A DNA stretch of 61,096 nt, the filler included, from Dugesia japonica (taxonomy: Eukaryota): assembly GCA_001938525.1 (NCBI GenBank). It is 6 parts of 6 records of this genome, joined end to end, with 100 filler letters (N's around TTAATTAATTAA, not from the genome) between each part and the next. Parts side by side here need not be neighbours in the genome. Positions count along the whole stretch, not along the records: positions 31,596 to 43,286 come from MQRL01519137.1; positions 43,387 to 52,400 come from MQRL01619595.1; 4 more parts are not named here. The stretch is one strand, 5' to 3'. Numbering within the stretch: the first letter of the stretch is position 1; every line of letters starts with the position of its first letter. This document shows, piece after piece, positions 37,070 to 49,314 of this stretch. Under the pieces are notes generated by a model. It was not told the origin of the DNA and did not search any database. It saw nothing but the letters and a program-made list of their open reading frames with translations. The translations under genes and the position numbers were made by a program.

Positions 37070-38008
37070 TTTGGGGTGAAACACCCCGTTTGTAAAGAAA
37101 AATAAAAGCCAATGGCACAAGACGAAAAAATGTTGAAGAAAGGGGACCGAAGGGAAAGCCAATCAAGAACAACGTAGTTAAAATGTAAAAGTTGTAATAA
37201 TTACATCAAAGCTACAAGAAAAGTAATGAAGAATAATCAGTATGGCTAAATTAAGAAAAGATAAAAATACAAAGGAGAAGGAGATGAAGATCTTGCATCA
37301 GCAATTCTGACCCATATCAATTACAATAATTAAAAGAAATTATGAAATTAATAATAAAAGGCAAGAAACCCATTACTGGGAAATAATTCATTATCAGAAA
37401 ACATTAATTAATTTTAAATAAAAACATAAGTTAAAACTAGTCAAAAATCCGTTTTTTACGAATATCTTGGCTCAGAAAACTCATAGAAGCTAGGTGCAAG
37501 AAAATTTGAGAAGACAATGTATTAGAGCAATGGGATTTTGCCATGGGAAAACGATACCATCATCAGGAAGACCCCTACAAAGATTTGAAAATTGAGACGA
37601 TATACCTTATTGTGCACCAGAATTTATTTGGTGCAAAATAAAACAAATGACTGGAACGGATATAAAAAACGTGATGAACATATTCAGCGAATATCATAAA
37701 GAAGATATTGATTGCGTATATTTTTCTAGAAGGAAGAAAGATTTGATTAGAAAATTTATCGACTCTCTATCCTGAGTCTAATAAAAGACAATGTTAAAAA
37801 ATTTATGACAATTAATTTAATTAATTATTAAAAAAATTTTAATTTATATTTTAATTTATTTATTCTTTATTACTATTTAACATAAAAAATTTTTAAAAAA
37901 AATAAATGAATTTTAAAAAAAATTAAAAAAAAATAATAATAATAAAATTAAGTCTGCGGGGAAATCAAATATTAAGTATGCTTGATGATAGTTGTCATAG
38001 AAATAACC

Positions 38009-38200
38009 TTGACCTACTTTCCTTTAACCTTGACATCCATTTATTCGACCTTCAAATATTCCCCCAATCAGAACTGAGTATGCTTAATCAATCTGACCTT
38101 GAAATTCGACCTTGAATTATTTAAACCAATCAGAATCGAGAATACAAAATCACTGAACTTGAAAATTCGACCTTGAATTATTTCAGCCAAAGTATAATAA
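38009..38200 (+). promoter_or_regulatory. Tandem ~61-bp promoter-like repeats with CCAAT boxes and a TATA-like box
   Basis: TTCGACCTT at ~38044, ~38105 and ~38166; CCAATCAGA at ~38065 and ~38126; TATAATAAA at ~38193 before the ATG at 38219. Confidence 0.55.
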
Positions 38201-38218
38201 AACACTGACTTTGAAAAA

Positions 38219-38708
38219 ATGTGCCACTATCTACCTACTGATGTCCAAGGAGAAAATGTACTTGAAAATGATACTAACCAAGAAGAACTACAAAATATCA
38301 TTGCAGCCATCAATATTATTGCAGAACAAGCAGTCATTCAAGGTAAAAAGATGGAAGATGCAAACCCTGACGAGAAAGACGATGGTGTTTGTTTTGAATA
38401 TTTAGATAAAAGATATGAACATTATTATGGTAAGAGTTTAATTTATCATTAATTTATTCAATTTTCCTTTTAGATTTAGCCAAACAGATATTAAGTGAAA
38501 GGCTTCCAGAAATTATAATGACTGTGAACTGATGACTACGATGGAATATTTCACTCATATCTTGCGAACAACATGAATTGATATAGATCTAATGATGGAC
38601 GACTTCATCCAAGAACTGAGATTTAATTTCCTGACAAACCTAAACAAGACTCATTATGAAATTTTTAAAGAAAATATTTTGAAGATGTCTGAAGCCTTTG
38701 AAAACTAA
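38219..38708 (+). pseudogene. Small two-exon acidic protein gene (intron 38430-38473), decayed
   Basis: GTAAG...TTTTAG 44-nt intron restores the frame (YY|DLAKQILSERLP). Exon 2 needs one frameshift and has one stop; AATAAA at ~38727. Confidence 0.5.
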
Positions 38709-39719
38709 TGTAATAATGTGCTAAGAAATAAATGTTTTACTTGATAATTGTTTTGCCTTATTTACTTTTAATATATGGATAATACAAGGTAACTGTGCAA
38801 ATATTACCATCAAAAACCTTATATTATACAACTGCTATGTAAATAATTCAAGTAAATTTTGCATTCGAAACTTTATAATACACGTTTCATATGTAAATAA
38901 TACACTCATAAAGCCTCTAATAGACGGTTACCATGTAATTAATACAAGTTTACTACACAAATAATACAAACATAAATCTTATAATACAAGATTACTATGT
39001 AAATAATAGACTCATAAGCCATATAATTCTTTATTTACCCTCTTCTTTTTTAACCTATTCTGTTTTCTATACTCTTTTTTATAATCCTCTACTTTTCTTT
39101 CACTTACTCCTTTTCCTTTCTTTTACCTTCTTNNNNNNNNNNNNNNNNNNNNNNNNNNNNNNNNNNNNNNNNNNNNNNNNNNNNNNNNNNNNNNNNNNNN
39201 NNNNNNNNNNNNNNNNNNNNNNNNNNNNNNNNNNNNNNNNNNNNNNNNNNNNNNNNNNNNNNNNNNNNNNNNNNNNNNNNNNNNNNNNNNNNNNNNNNNN
39301 NNNNNNNNNNNNNNNNNNNNNNNNNNNNNNNNNNNNNNNNNNNNNNNNNNNNNTTTTTTATTCTCTTCTTTTCTTCCAACCTTTTCTTTTTTACTCTTTT
39401 CCTTTAATAAATAAATATTTACTTATTAGTCTTTTTATACAGACCTATTAGTTATATATGGGAAGGTTCCATGAATTTATGATTTTTATGAAAAAAGTCC
39501 TATGTTTTTATCATTTTGTTCTCGAAAATGTTCTCAACCAATATGTTTTTTATTTAAACTTGCAACAGTAATGAGACATTTTATTAAAAATTGCAACACC
39601 AATGAGACTTTTTATTTAAATTTGCATCACTAATATGCTTGTTTTATAGAAAATTACCTAGTTAATGTTTTTTATGAAAATTTTCTATGTTTTTATCATC
39701 TTGTAAAGAAAAGTTTTAA

Positions 39720-40240
39720 TTTGAATATTGTATTATGCAAATATCACAAAGACTCTCCTCTTTGAAGGTTTCTATTTTATCATGATATTATCACAAAGAC
39801 TACCCTGTTTGAAATATTTTGATATATTTTATCATGAAAATATTACAAAGACTCCATTCTTTGAACTTTTTAAAATATTTTATCATAATAATATCACAAA
39901 GACTACCCTGTTTGAAATATTTTGATATATTTTATCATGAAAATATCACAAAGACTTCATTCTTTGAACTTTTTTATTTTGTCATGATAATATCACAGAG
40001 ACTCCCCTCTTTGAACTTTTTATAAGAATATTTTCTCATGCAAATATCACAAAGAATCCCCTCTTTGAACTATTTTTAAATATTTTATCATGATAATATC
40101 TCAAAGACTCCACTCTTTCCACTTTTTTATAAGAATATTGTATCATGTTAATATCACAAAGACTCCCCTCTTTGGTTATTTTTAATTGTTATATTTTAAT
40201 CATGTAAATATCACAAAGTCTCCCCTCTTTGAAGTTTTTT
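39720..40240. repeat. Minisatellite, ~55-60-bp unit
   Basis: Repeated TATCATG...ATATCACAAAGACTCCCCTCTTTGAA. Confidence 0.9.
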
Positions 40241-40259
40241 GATAGATAAATTTTTATAA

Positions 40260-40640
40260 ATGCAACTCAGAAGCATTACAGCTGCAACATACATACACTG
40301 AAAATAACGTGCCTGGGAATTTTTGATTAATACATGCAATAGGTATGCGACTCAGTAACAACTCGGTAGCAACACACTTACACTGAAAATCACAAGTCTG
40401 AGTATTTTTAATAAATTCCTCATCAAAATAAGTTTTTTAAACTCAAAATAGCCGACATTCTGATTTTTAAAACTCAATATAGCTGCCATTTCGATTTTTG
40501 TTTAAATAAATGCAATAGATATGCAACTCAGTTGCAACTCATATGCAACACACATACATTAAAAATCACATTCCTGAGAAATTTTATTGATATTTAAAAT
40601 ATATACAATAGGTATGCAGCTCAGATACAAATCAGGTGTT
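40260..40640. repeat. Degenerate tandem repeat (ATGCAACTCAG...CACATACACTGAAAAT)
   Basis: Several copies visible by eye. Confidence 0.7.
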
Positions 40641-40844
40641 AAATATAGAGGCTCCCTATGTTAAATATAGTGGCTCCCCATTCAAAATATCAAGAATGCC
40701 CATACCATGCATTAATTTCTTGTAATAATATCTAAACAAATATCAAGACTGCCTTATATCTTGTAATAATATCTTAAAAATTATCAAGACTTCCTTCCAC
40801 CCTTGCAAAATATCAAGACTCCCCTCGTCCCTTGCAAAATAAAA

Positions 40845-41045
40845 TAATTTAATTTAATTTTAATTTACTTTAATTTAATTTAATTTAATTTAATTTAATT
40901 TAATTTAATTTAATTTAATTTAATTTAATTTANNNNNNNNNNNNNNNNNNNNNNNNNNNNNNNNNNNNNNNNNNNNNNNNNNNNNNNNTTAATTTAATTT
41001 AATTTAATTTAATTTAATTTAATTTAATTTAATTTAATTTAATTA
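40845..41045. repeat. (AATTT)n microsatellite
   Basis: Direct sequence; spans an N gap. Confidence 0.95.
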
Positions 41046-42149
41046 TATTAAAAAGATTTCCCTCCATTGAAATGAAAAACTTTAAATTTCTAACCAAAAT
41101 ATTTTTTTTGAATTTCCTGCCAAAAAGATTTTAATTTGAAGTTCCGCCAAAAAGATTTTTTTTGAATTTCCCGCCAAAGATTTATTTAATTTCCCACCTA
41201 AAATAACAAGACTCCCCTCTTCCCCGTTCGAAAAATTTGAAAATCCACCTTTCCTATTCAAAAAATACTCAAAAATACATTATTTTTACAAAAATAACAT
41301 TACTTTCATCTAATTCATCAATTTAAACAAAATACAACATTTTAAACCAAAATAAAGATTTCAAACCCTTATGACGTCACACTCACCGGTATGAAAAATT
41401 TCAAATAATTATCAAAAAATCCGATAATTAATTGTCTTTCAACACATACAACTCTCCCCCACCCGAAAATTTTTTTAACACACTTATCCTACTTACAAAA
41501 ATATACCAATCCAAAAGTACCTCTTAAAATAAAAAATCAAGGCATATTCTACAAACAAAATCGTCTCCATTACATTAACTTTCCAACAACCCATCAACCA
41601 ACAAATTCCATCAACCACATACAAACCTACAGCCCCCAAAGATCATCCCACGATAACTCATACGACTGTTTCGTGCCACCACTACCCTTCTAGAGAAAAC
41701 AATCCATCCCACCTCATAAGTTCTTTAGACAATATATAGACCAAAATTTTGTCCAACATCAACCAAATCTTAAAATCTCCAAAAAAATTAGTTCCAAGAT
41801 CTCCAGCTCCTCCTTTCACACACACACATACACAAAAAAAATCAACTTGACCTACTTTTTTAAAATCACCTTAGCAACCAAAACACACACAAATTTTAAA
41901 ATATAAAAATAAACTTCACACACCCAGGATCAAAAAAACTGATCCGATCAAAAAAATTTGATCCGATCAAAAATTATTTGATCTCAAAAATCTTAGAAAA
42001 AAAATAAACGAAAAATCATATCACAATCGTTATGTGTTTCTGAGCCCCTCAACCCTGGGGAGGAGAGAGGGGGTTCCCGCGATAACTGCTTAAAAAATTG
42101 CGCTATGATTTTGGCTCATTGCCAAATTTTGCTAATGCGCCACTATTAA

Positions 42150-42326
42150 CATTTCTTTTCAAATATCTAATTGATTTGTTGATTGTAATGATTGAAATAA
42201 TATATCACCAGGTTGATTTAATTTAACTATTGAACTACTTGTTGGTGATATTTTTAATAAATCATTTTTAGATATTACATGGTTTAAAACATAATTATTA
42301 TCTATATCTAATTTTACTTCTTCCAT
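42150..42326 (-). pseudogene. Probable N-terminus of a Polinton major capsid protein
   Basis: MEEVKLDIDNNYVLNHVISKNDLLKISPTSSSIVKLNQPGDILFQ resembles the LNxxGxIxF start of Polinton MCPs; truncated. Confidence 0.45.
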
Positions 42327-43253
42327 TTTCTATAATTATAATTTGCGACAAAAAAAGATTCCTAAATAAATTACCAAAATAAATAATAAAATTAAAAATA
42401 TTACTTTAAAAAATATATTTTTAAAATTACACCTTTAAAATTAAATAATCACATCCTTCATATAATTTCACAACTTTTTCTCTTTCAATAATCATAACTA
42501 TTTATTAAAGCATTATTTTAGATTATTTAATTTATTCAAAGTTTTATTTACCCTTTAATTTACTATTGATTTTATATCTTTTGAATATTTTTTTTATTAT
42601 TATTCTCTCTATAAAATTTTAAATTTTCATCATTATATAAATTATTAACATAATATATTTTTCAAATTATTATTTTCATCTGTTAATTCAATATTTTTAT
42701 TATGCATATCATATATTGTTTCAACTAAGATTTCACCAGTTTTTATAATTGCTTTATAATTTGGATAAATTTCTTTTAACATTACACTTTGTTCTTTTGG
42801 TGTTAATTTACATTCTATTGAATAATCTTTTTTTAAATCATTTAAAAACTATGGATCTTTTTTAACATCAATATAATCATCCATTTTCTATTGAAATAAA
42901 ATAGAAAACTTTTTTAAATTTTATATGGCTTTTTTAAATTTCTCATCAATTCTTCTTCTTCTTCGAAATTATTTGTATTACATGGAATTTTAACTGGAAT
43001 GTAATTTTGTTTCCTCACAGGGCTTTGCTCGAGAATAGAATTCTGCAATCTTCATTTATACCACCAGATTTTGGATTTTCTCGACTGGAATTATTATTAT
43101 TATTTCTCGAGCTGTTCTTTGAGAGTAATAATAAATTTAATTCTCGATATTCGCTAGGATTTTTAGCATATCCAATTAAATATAATTTATGTTCTTTCTT
43201 TTAATATTTCTTTTTGTCTTTTCTTTTTTCTTGTTTGATATATATTTTTAAAT

Positions 43254-43286
<33 letters not shown>

Positions 43287-43386
43287 NNNNNNNNNNNNNN
43301 NNNNNNNNNNNNNNNNNNNNNNNNNNNNNNTTAATTAATTAANNNNNNNNNNNNNNNNNNNNNNNNNNNNNNNNNNNNNNNNNNNN
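43287..43386. other. Artificial contig spacer
   Basis: 44 N + TTAATTAATTAA + 44 N. Confidence 0.97.
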
Positions 43387-43572
43387 ATGAAGGAAGGAAT
43401 AAATAAAAATAAAGTAGTCACAGCTATTTTATACTTAATACTCAAGAATCGGAAACAATTAATTGAGAAACCTGATAAAAACATTGTAGTTGTAGAACGG
43501 ATAATCAATCAATTCTTGAACAAAGGAATTAATACTTGGATCACACAAGAAGGAGGATGGGAAACGTTATAT
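43387..43572 (+). CDS. Bcl-2-like domain (BH1-BH2 part; N-terminus beyond the contig edge)
   Basis: EGINKNKVVTAILYL...VERIINQFLNKGINTWITQEGGWETLY parallels Bcl-2 DGVNWGRIVAFFEF...[23 protein letters not shown] in spacing and in BH2. Confidence 0.68.
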
Positions 43573-43671
43573 CCAACAAACAATTGTAAACAAAGAATTC
43601 AACAAACCGAACAAGAAGATGAGATAAAGAAACTNNNNNNNNNNNNNNNNAAAAATTCAAATCGACCACTA

Positions 43672-45560
43672 ATGGGTACAATAATAACAATTATAATAAT
43701 GTTATTAGAATTAGCAAGAGGAGCAAACGCGTATATGATTGTAATACTCCCAAATGGGGAAAAATGTATTCATTATTGGATGTAGAAAATTGCCCAGAGG
43801 CGCATCCAACAAAAATAAAGGTATCAAATCCAATAATTATGCATTTATATTAAGAACCCGATTTTGTGCATGCAGAAGCATACAAATGTAGTATAAAATT
43901 TGAAGAAGAAATCTCATATTGTGATACTACACAAAGTATACCACTAATACCAGCTTGGTCTCCGGACATAGTGGTAGTAGATGCAAGCGACTGTGAAAAA
44001 GCATTTAAAACAAAAGTGTTGAAAGTACATGGGTACGAATTACAAGCAAGAGTTGGGGCGAGAATNNNNNNNNNNNNNNNNNNNNNNNNNNNNNNNNNNN
44101 NNNNNNNNNNNNNNNAAGAGTAGATGTTGTGGGATGGTCTACAGCAGATGGATATTGTGGAGGAGGAAATTATAGAATATGGGGACAAGCGAAATCTGAC
44201 ATCTTAGTTCGAAGACAATATCATATTGAATTAAAGAAAATAAAGGTGACGTTTGATGCTGCTACGGGAAAATGATGACACATCCATTTTGTAGCGTGAA
44301 AGATACAAGTTGTGATACTGGAGAATCAATGATGGTGTATAAAGTTAATCCGTTTGAATGTACAATTACGAAATTAAGGACGGTGGCAATGAGAGAAGTT
44401 AGTGGAACTCTACCAACAGATAAACCACCTAATATAAGAGATGCAAAAAGAAAAGCGACAGTGGTTGGTGAAAAAGCAACACCAACAATATATATATATA
44501 TATATATCGAATTCAACACAAGAAGCACTAAGACTCATTGAAAAAGGAGTAGACATTAAATGTGGGGTTGAAGTGATAGTAACAAATTATAATGGATTAT
44601 ATTTATCAGTAAAGGAAATAAAAGACGCCAGACCAGAGGTTGATAAACTAAATGTAAAAATAGCTGCATATTTCAATAATAAAATTGATTTTATCTATCA
44701 TGAAATTCTAAGACAAGTAGATAGAATATATCAAGAGACAATGATGAAAAATTGTAAAATCAAGCGGGAATTGCTAAGAGCAAAAATGGCAATGGTAGTC
44801 ACAAATCCAGATTTAGTAGCACCACTCTTGTTCGAGGAAAGAGGAACATTNGGAAGAATAGTGGGAGANACTTTAGTGAGTTTTAAATGTAAACCAGTAG
44901 CTGTTACGCTTACAGATCATGAGAAATGTACTAATGAATTACCAGTAATTTACGAAGGAGAAAAAGTGTTTTTGCTCCCAATAACAAGAATTTTAACAGA
45001 TAAACATTATTAGCCAAAAGTAATTGAAAAGTGTAGTAATATTCTTGATCCCATGTACAAATTAAATGAAGAAGTATGGATAACCGTATCAGACAGAAAG
45101 ACAGCACCAAGCCCACTGATGATGGAAATGATAGAGCTCGCTAGAACAACAGAATTGGAAAGGATTGATAATATGGAAAAACGTGGTATTTATACAATTA
45201 ATGATATTGAGAAAGNNNNNNNNNNNNNNNNNNNNNNNNNNNNNNNNNNNNNNNNNNNNNNNNNNNNNNNNNNNNNNNNNNNNNNNNNNNNGGAGTAATG
45301 GAGACGACGTGAATTTTGAATCACTATTACATGCAGATCATTTTAAAAGGGCAATGCGCAATTTCTTAGATAGATTTTTGGGGGGAATGGAATGGTTTGG
45401 TAATATATTCTCATGTATTTTGTTCGGGTGGTATGTCTTAACATTTTTAAAATTAGTGGGTCATCAAATACTTTCTTTGAGACAATTACATGCAGTTTTC
45501 GGTTATACATGGAAATTGGAAGCATGTTTCTGCCCATTTGTTGCAAAACATATGATTGTG
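43672..45560 (+). pseudogene. env: Chuvirus (Jingchuvirales)-like envelope glycoprotein
   Basis: Signal peptide, then AY/DC...YSLLDVENC; YFNNKIDFI...IYQETMMKNC; PDLVA...G...G.TL..FKCKPV; CTNELPV...FLLPITRIL; PMYK...W; GIYT; TM WFGNIFSCILFGWYVLTFLKL...LHAVFGYTWKL. Frameshifts, stops and N gaps. Confidence 0.85.
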
Positions 45561-45779
45561 CAAAATCACAGTGAAAAAATAAAAAATCTAGAAAAGCATC
45601 GAGGCGTATATACAATAAACATGGATGATGAGCAAGAGTTAAAAAAATTGACTAATGATAGGTCATCAGAGACAGAATATAAACCATATAAACAAGAAAA
45701 TATGGAATTAAAACAAATAAAAATAAATGATCCAGCACAATACAAATATCAAAAAAATTATGAAATAGCAGTCAAAAAT

Positions 45780-46100
45780 CCAGACAACAATAGACCAACA
45801 ACAGATATTGTAATAAATGGAATTAGTATACCTTCATTAATAGATACAGGAGCAGTATCCTCAATAATAACAGAATCATGGTTAAGTAAAGCCCAAAAAC
45901 AAAGAATAAAAGACTATAAACCTGATCATTTACCTGATCATAAACATAATCATTTACAGGTCATATAATAAAAACCAAAGGAATAATTGAATGTACAGTC
46001 ACAATCGGAACGGAGATTGTCACACATCCATTTAGAGTAATGGAGAATGGAACACAAAATTGTATTCTAGGCATGGATTTCCTTACACGATTAAAAGGTT
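45780..46100 (+). pseudogene. Retroviral-type aspartic protease
   Basis: SLIDTGAVSSII in the same ORF as the env TM; ILGMDFL follows after a frameshift at ~45960. Confidence 0.92.
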
Positions 46101-46712
46101 GTCATTGATCTACACGATAGTACATTAAAAATGATAAGTCCATTATCAATAGAGGCAAAATATAATGAAGTAATGGCAAATGAAAACATAATAATCGAAC
46201 GCTGTAGTGAAAACATAATACCGATAACCACTAAAGTAAGAAATGACGATTCATATATTTTTGAACCAAATAACAAATTAATAACAAAACAGAATCTATC
46301 AATGATGCCTGGATGTGTCAAACCAGAAAAAGGTGTAATACCAATAAGAATAGCAAATTATAATAATTACGATGTAACATTACATAAAGGAACAAGATTA
46401 GGAAAATTGTTTGAAAATGGTGATGAATATGAGATATGTAAAATCATAATTGAGGAGCAGACAGTCTTAAACAAACAATTTTTATCTCAAAGGAAAGCAT
46501 TTCAGTTAGGTAGCCAGGAAATATGTGAAATTATGTTAAATCAACAGGGCCAAACAAAAAAATCAAGCGAAATAGAATTAATTAAACCAAAACAAACCAA
46601 ATATTACGAGAAAGCAAAGATAACAAATAATGAACTTACAATGGGTTAAAGACAACAGTTACAAAAATTATTAGATAAATATGAGGACGCATTCGCAAAA
46701 CACTAATTTGAT

Positions 46713-48020
46713 ATGGGAGGAACTAATATCATAAAGCACATAATTGATACAGGCGAGGCAAGACCGATAAAGCAGCGACCATATGTGGCTCCTTATGCGT
46801 TAAGACCACCAATAAAAAGACAAATAAAACAAAAAGCAAATGGAATTATACGGGATAGTTTTTCCCAATGGGCATCACCAATAGTACCAGTCAAAAAGAA
46901 AGATGGTGAGATACGAATGTGTATTGATTATAGGAAACTTAATGAAGTTACAAAAAAATATACACAACCATTTCCAAAGATACATGAACAATTTAATAAA
47001 CTAATGAATGCAAAATATTTTGCAAGTTTAGATGCTAATAAAGGTTATAATATGATCCCAGTACAAGAAGAGGATAGAGAAAAAACAGCCTTTTGTACTG
47101 ATGATGGACTATATGAATTTGTCAGATTGTCGTTTGGGTTATGTAATGCACCAGCTACATTTCAAAGACTGATGAATGGAATGTATCAGTATTTATCAGG
47201 TGTTGAACATGTAGTTGTATACATGGATGATATACTCATAGCAACTGAAACATTCGAACAACATTTGATCAATATAGAAAATGTGTTATCCAGAATTAGA
47301 AAAGCAAATATCAAACTAAAACCTACAAAATTTAAATGAGCAGAAGAGAGTGTTATATTTTCAGAAAAAGTGAAAGCAGTACAAGAATTTCCAGTACCAA
47401 AAAGTGTACAATAGTTACAAGGATTTAATGGTCTAGTTGGATATTATCGAAGATTCATAAAAGATTTTACGAAAATAGCAGCACCATTAGTTGAATTAAC
47501 AAAGAGTATGAAAAAAAAGAAGAAAGCAAGAATGTTATGATCGTGGAGCAGCTGGAAGAAAATTAAAAGAAGCCTCAGAGGCTTTTGATACATTGAAACA
47601 ACGATTGCTAACAGCTCCCATATTAAGGTATCCTGATTTTACAAAGCAATTCATAGTAATGACTGACGCAAGTGGATATGCCATGGGGGCAGTACTTGGT
47701 TAGGAGGACGAGAAAAATAAAGATTATGTGATCGCATACGCCAGTAGAATGTTAAAAGGAGCAGAAACAAGGTATTCAACAATTGAAAAAGAGTAATTAG
47801 CCATTATATTTGCGTTAAAATCAATTTAGACCATTTATATACGGAACAGAAATAATTATCCAAACAGATCACAAACCATTAGAAGGTCTATGGAAAAACA
47901 AAGATGCATCCAGTAGAATACTGAAATGGGCAATGAAAATTNNNNNNNNNNNNNNNNNTATTATATACAAACCAGGTAGAGCAAATAAAAATGCTGATGC
48001 GTTATCAAAAATTCCGGAAA
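46713..48020 (+). pseudogene. pol: Reverse transcriptase and RNase H (Ty3/Gypsy)
   Basis: SQWASPIV, RMCIDYRKLN, FGLCNAPATFQRLM, YMDD; [31 protein letters not shown]. Confidence 0.95.
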
Positions 48021-48122
48021 TAAATAAAATAGAAATGATGTCAATAGTTATGACTGGAACAAACTCAAAAACCTTCATGGAAGAACAGAATAGAGATAAA
48101 AAAAATACAGGAGATTAAAAAG

Positions 48123-49300
48123 ATGATGCTTCAAGAAAAGAATACTAAATATAAAATGTATAAGAATTTGCTTGTGTACAATAATCTAGGAAAAAATCTG
48201 ATGGTTGTACCAGACTCTTTAAAACTATTATTATTATTACAATACCATGATGGAGCGCTTGGAGGACATTTATCCAGTAGAAAAACAACATCAAGATTAT
48301 TACAAAAATACTATTGGGATAATATTAAGGAAGATGTAAAAAAATGGTGTCAGGCATGTGGTATCTGTGCCACAAGAAAAAATACAGGAACAAAAACCAA
48401 AGTTCCACTACAACCAATGCCAATACCTAGCTCACCAATGGAAACATGTGCAATGAATTTTTGGTGCAAATTACCAACAACTATAAAAGGCAACAAACAT
48501 ATATTAGTATTCAATGATTATTTCACAAAGTGGGCAGAATCATTTGCCACAAAAGATGAGACAGCTGAAACAGTAGCAAGGCTATTAGTTGAAAAGATTA
48601 TATATAAATATGGGGCGCCGAGAAAATTGCTATCAGACAGAGGAAAGAGTTTCCTCAATGAGGTTATACAACGAGTAACCAATATGTTTGATATCAAAAA
48701 AATAAATACAACGGCTTATCACCCACAAACAGATGGGTTAGTTGAAAGATTTAACAGCACATTATGTAATAGATTGGCAGTCTTCGTAAATAAGCATCAA
48801 AATGATTGGGATCTATTTATTAAGCCAACGTTGTTTATACATAATACAACTGAGAACAAAGCCACGGGGTATTCACCATTTTATCTTATGTATCTAAGAC
48901 AAAATCATATGCCTATAGATATAACCAATTGTATCACAATATATGGATAACCCAGATTACGTTACAAAAATGCAAGATAGATTACAAGAAGTATATAAAC
49001 AAGCCAATCTAAAGGTAAAATTCAAACAAGAGCAATACAAAGACTATTACGATAAAAAAACTAAAGAACATAATTTTAAAGTAGGAGATAAAGTGAGAAT
49101 AAAGACACCAGTTACATAAAAAGGGTTAACAAATAAATTAGCAAGGCCTTACAAAGGTCCATATGAAATAGTAAAAACAACTCCTACAAACTTACACGTA
49201 ATAAGAAACAAAAAAGATGATCCCATGATTGTAGCAGTTAACCGATGTAAGTTAGCAGAAACAAAAATTGAACCAAAAAAACAACATAAATATAATCTTC
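48123..49300 (+). pseudogene. Integrase with HHCC zinc finger, DDE core and GPY module
   Basis: YHDGALGGHL...CQACGIC; SDRGKSF; TTAYHPQTDGLVERFN; FKVGDKV...YKGPYEI (after a frameshift at ~48945). Confidence 0.95.
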
Positions 49301-49314
49301 GATCAGGATCACAA

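Noticed and set aside
36770-37162. 130-aa ORF looking like an integrase with a hydrophobic leader
   Set aside because: The first ~30 codons come from the inserted sequence beyond 37069; the ORF is chimeric.
39720-40240. ORFs 39728-39925 and 39819-40025
   Set aside because: They are translations of a minisatellite.
46131-46649. Possible dUTPase between protease and RT
   Set aside because: No dUTPase catalytic motifs; it is the ordinary Gypsy PR-RT linker, also seen at 18328-18729.
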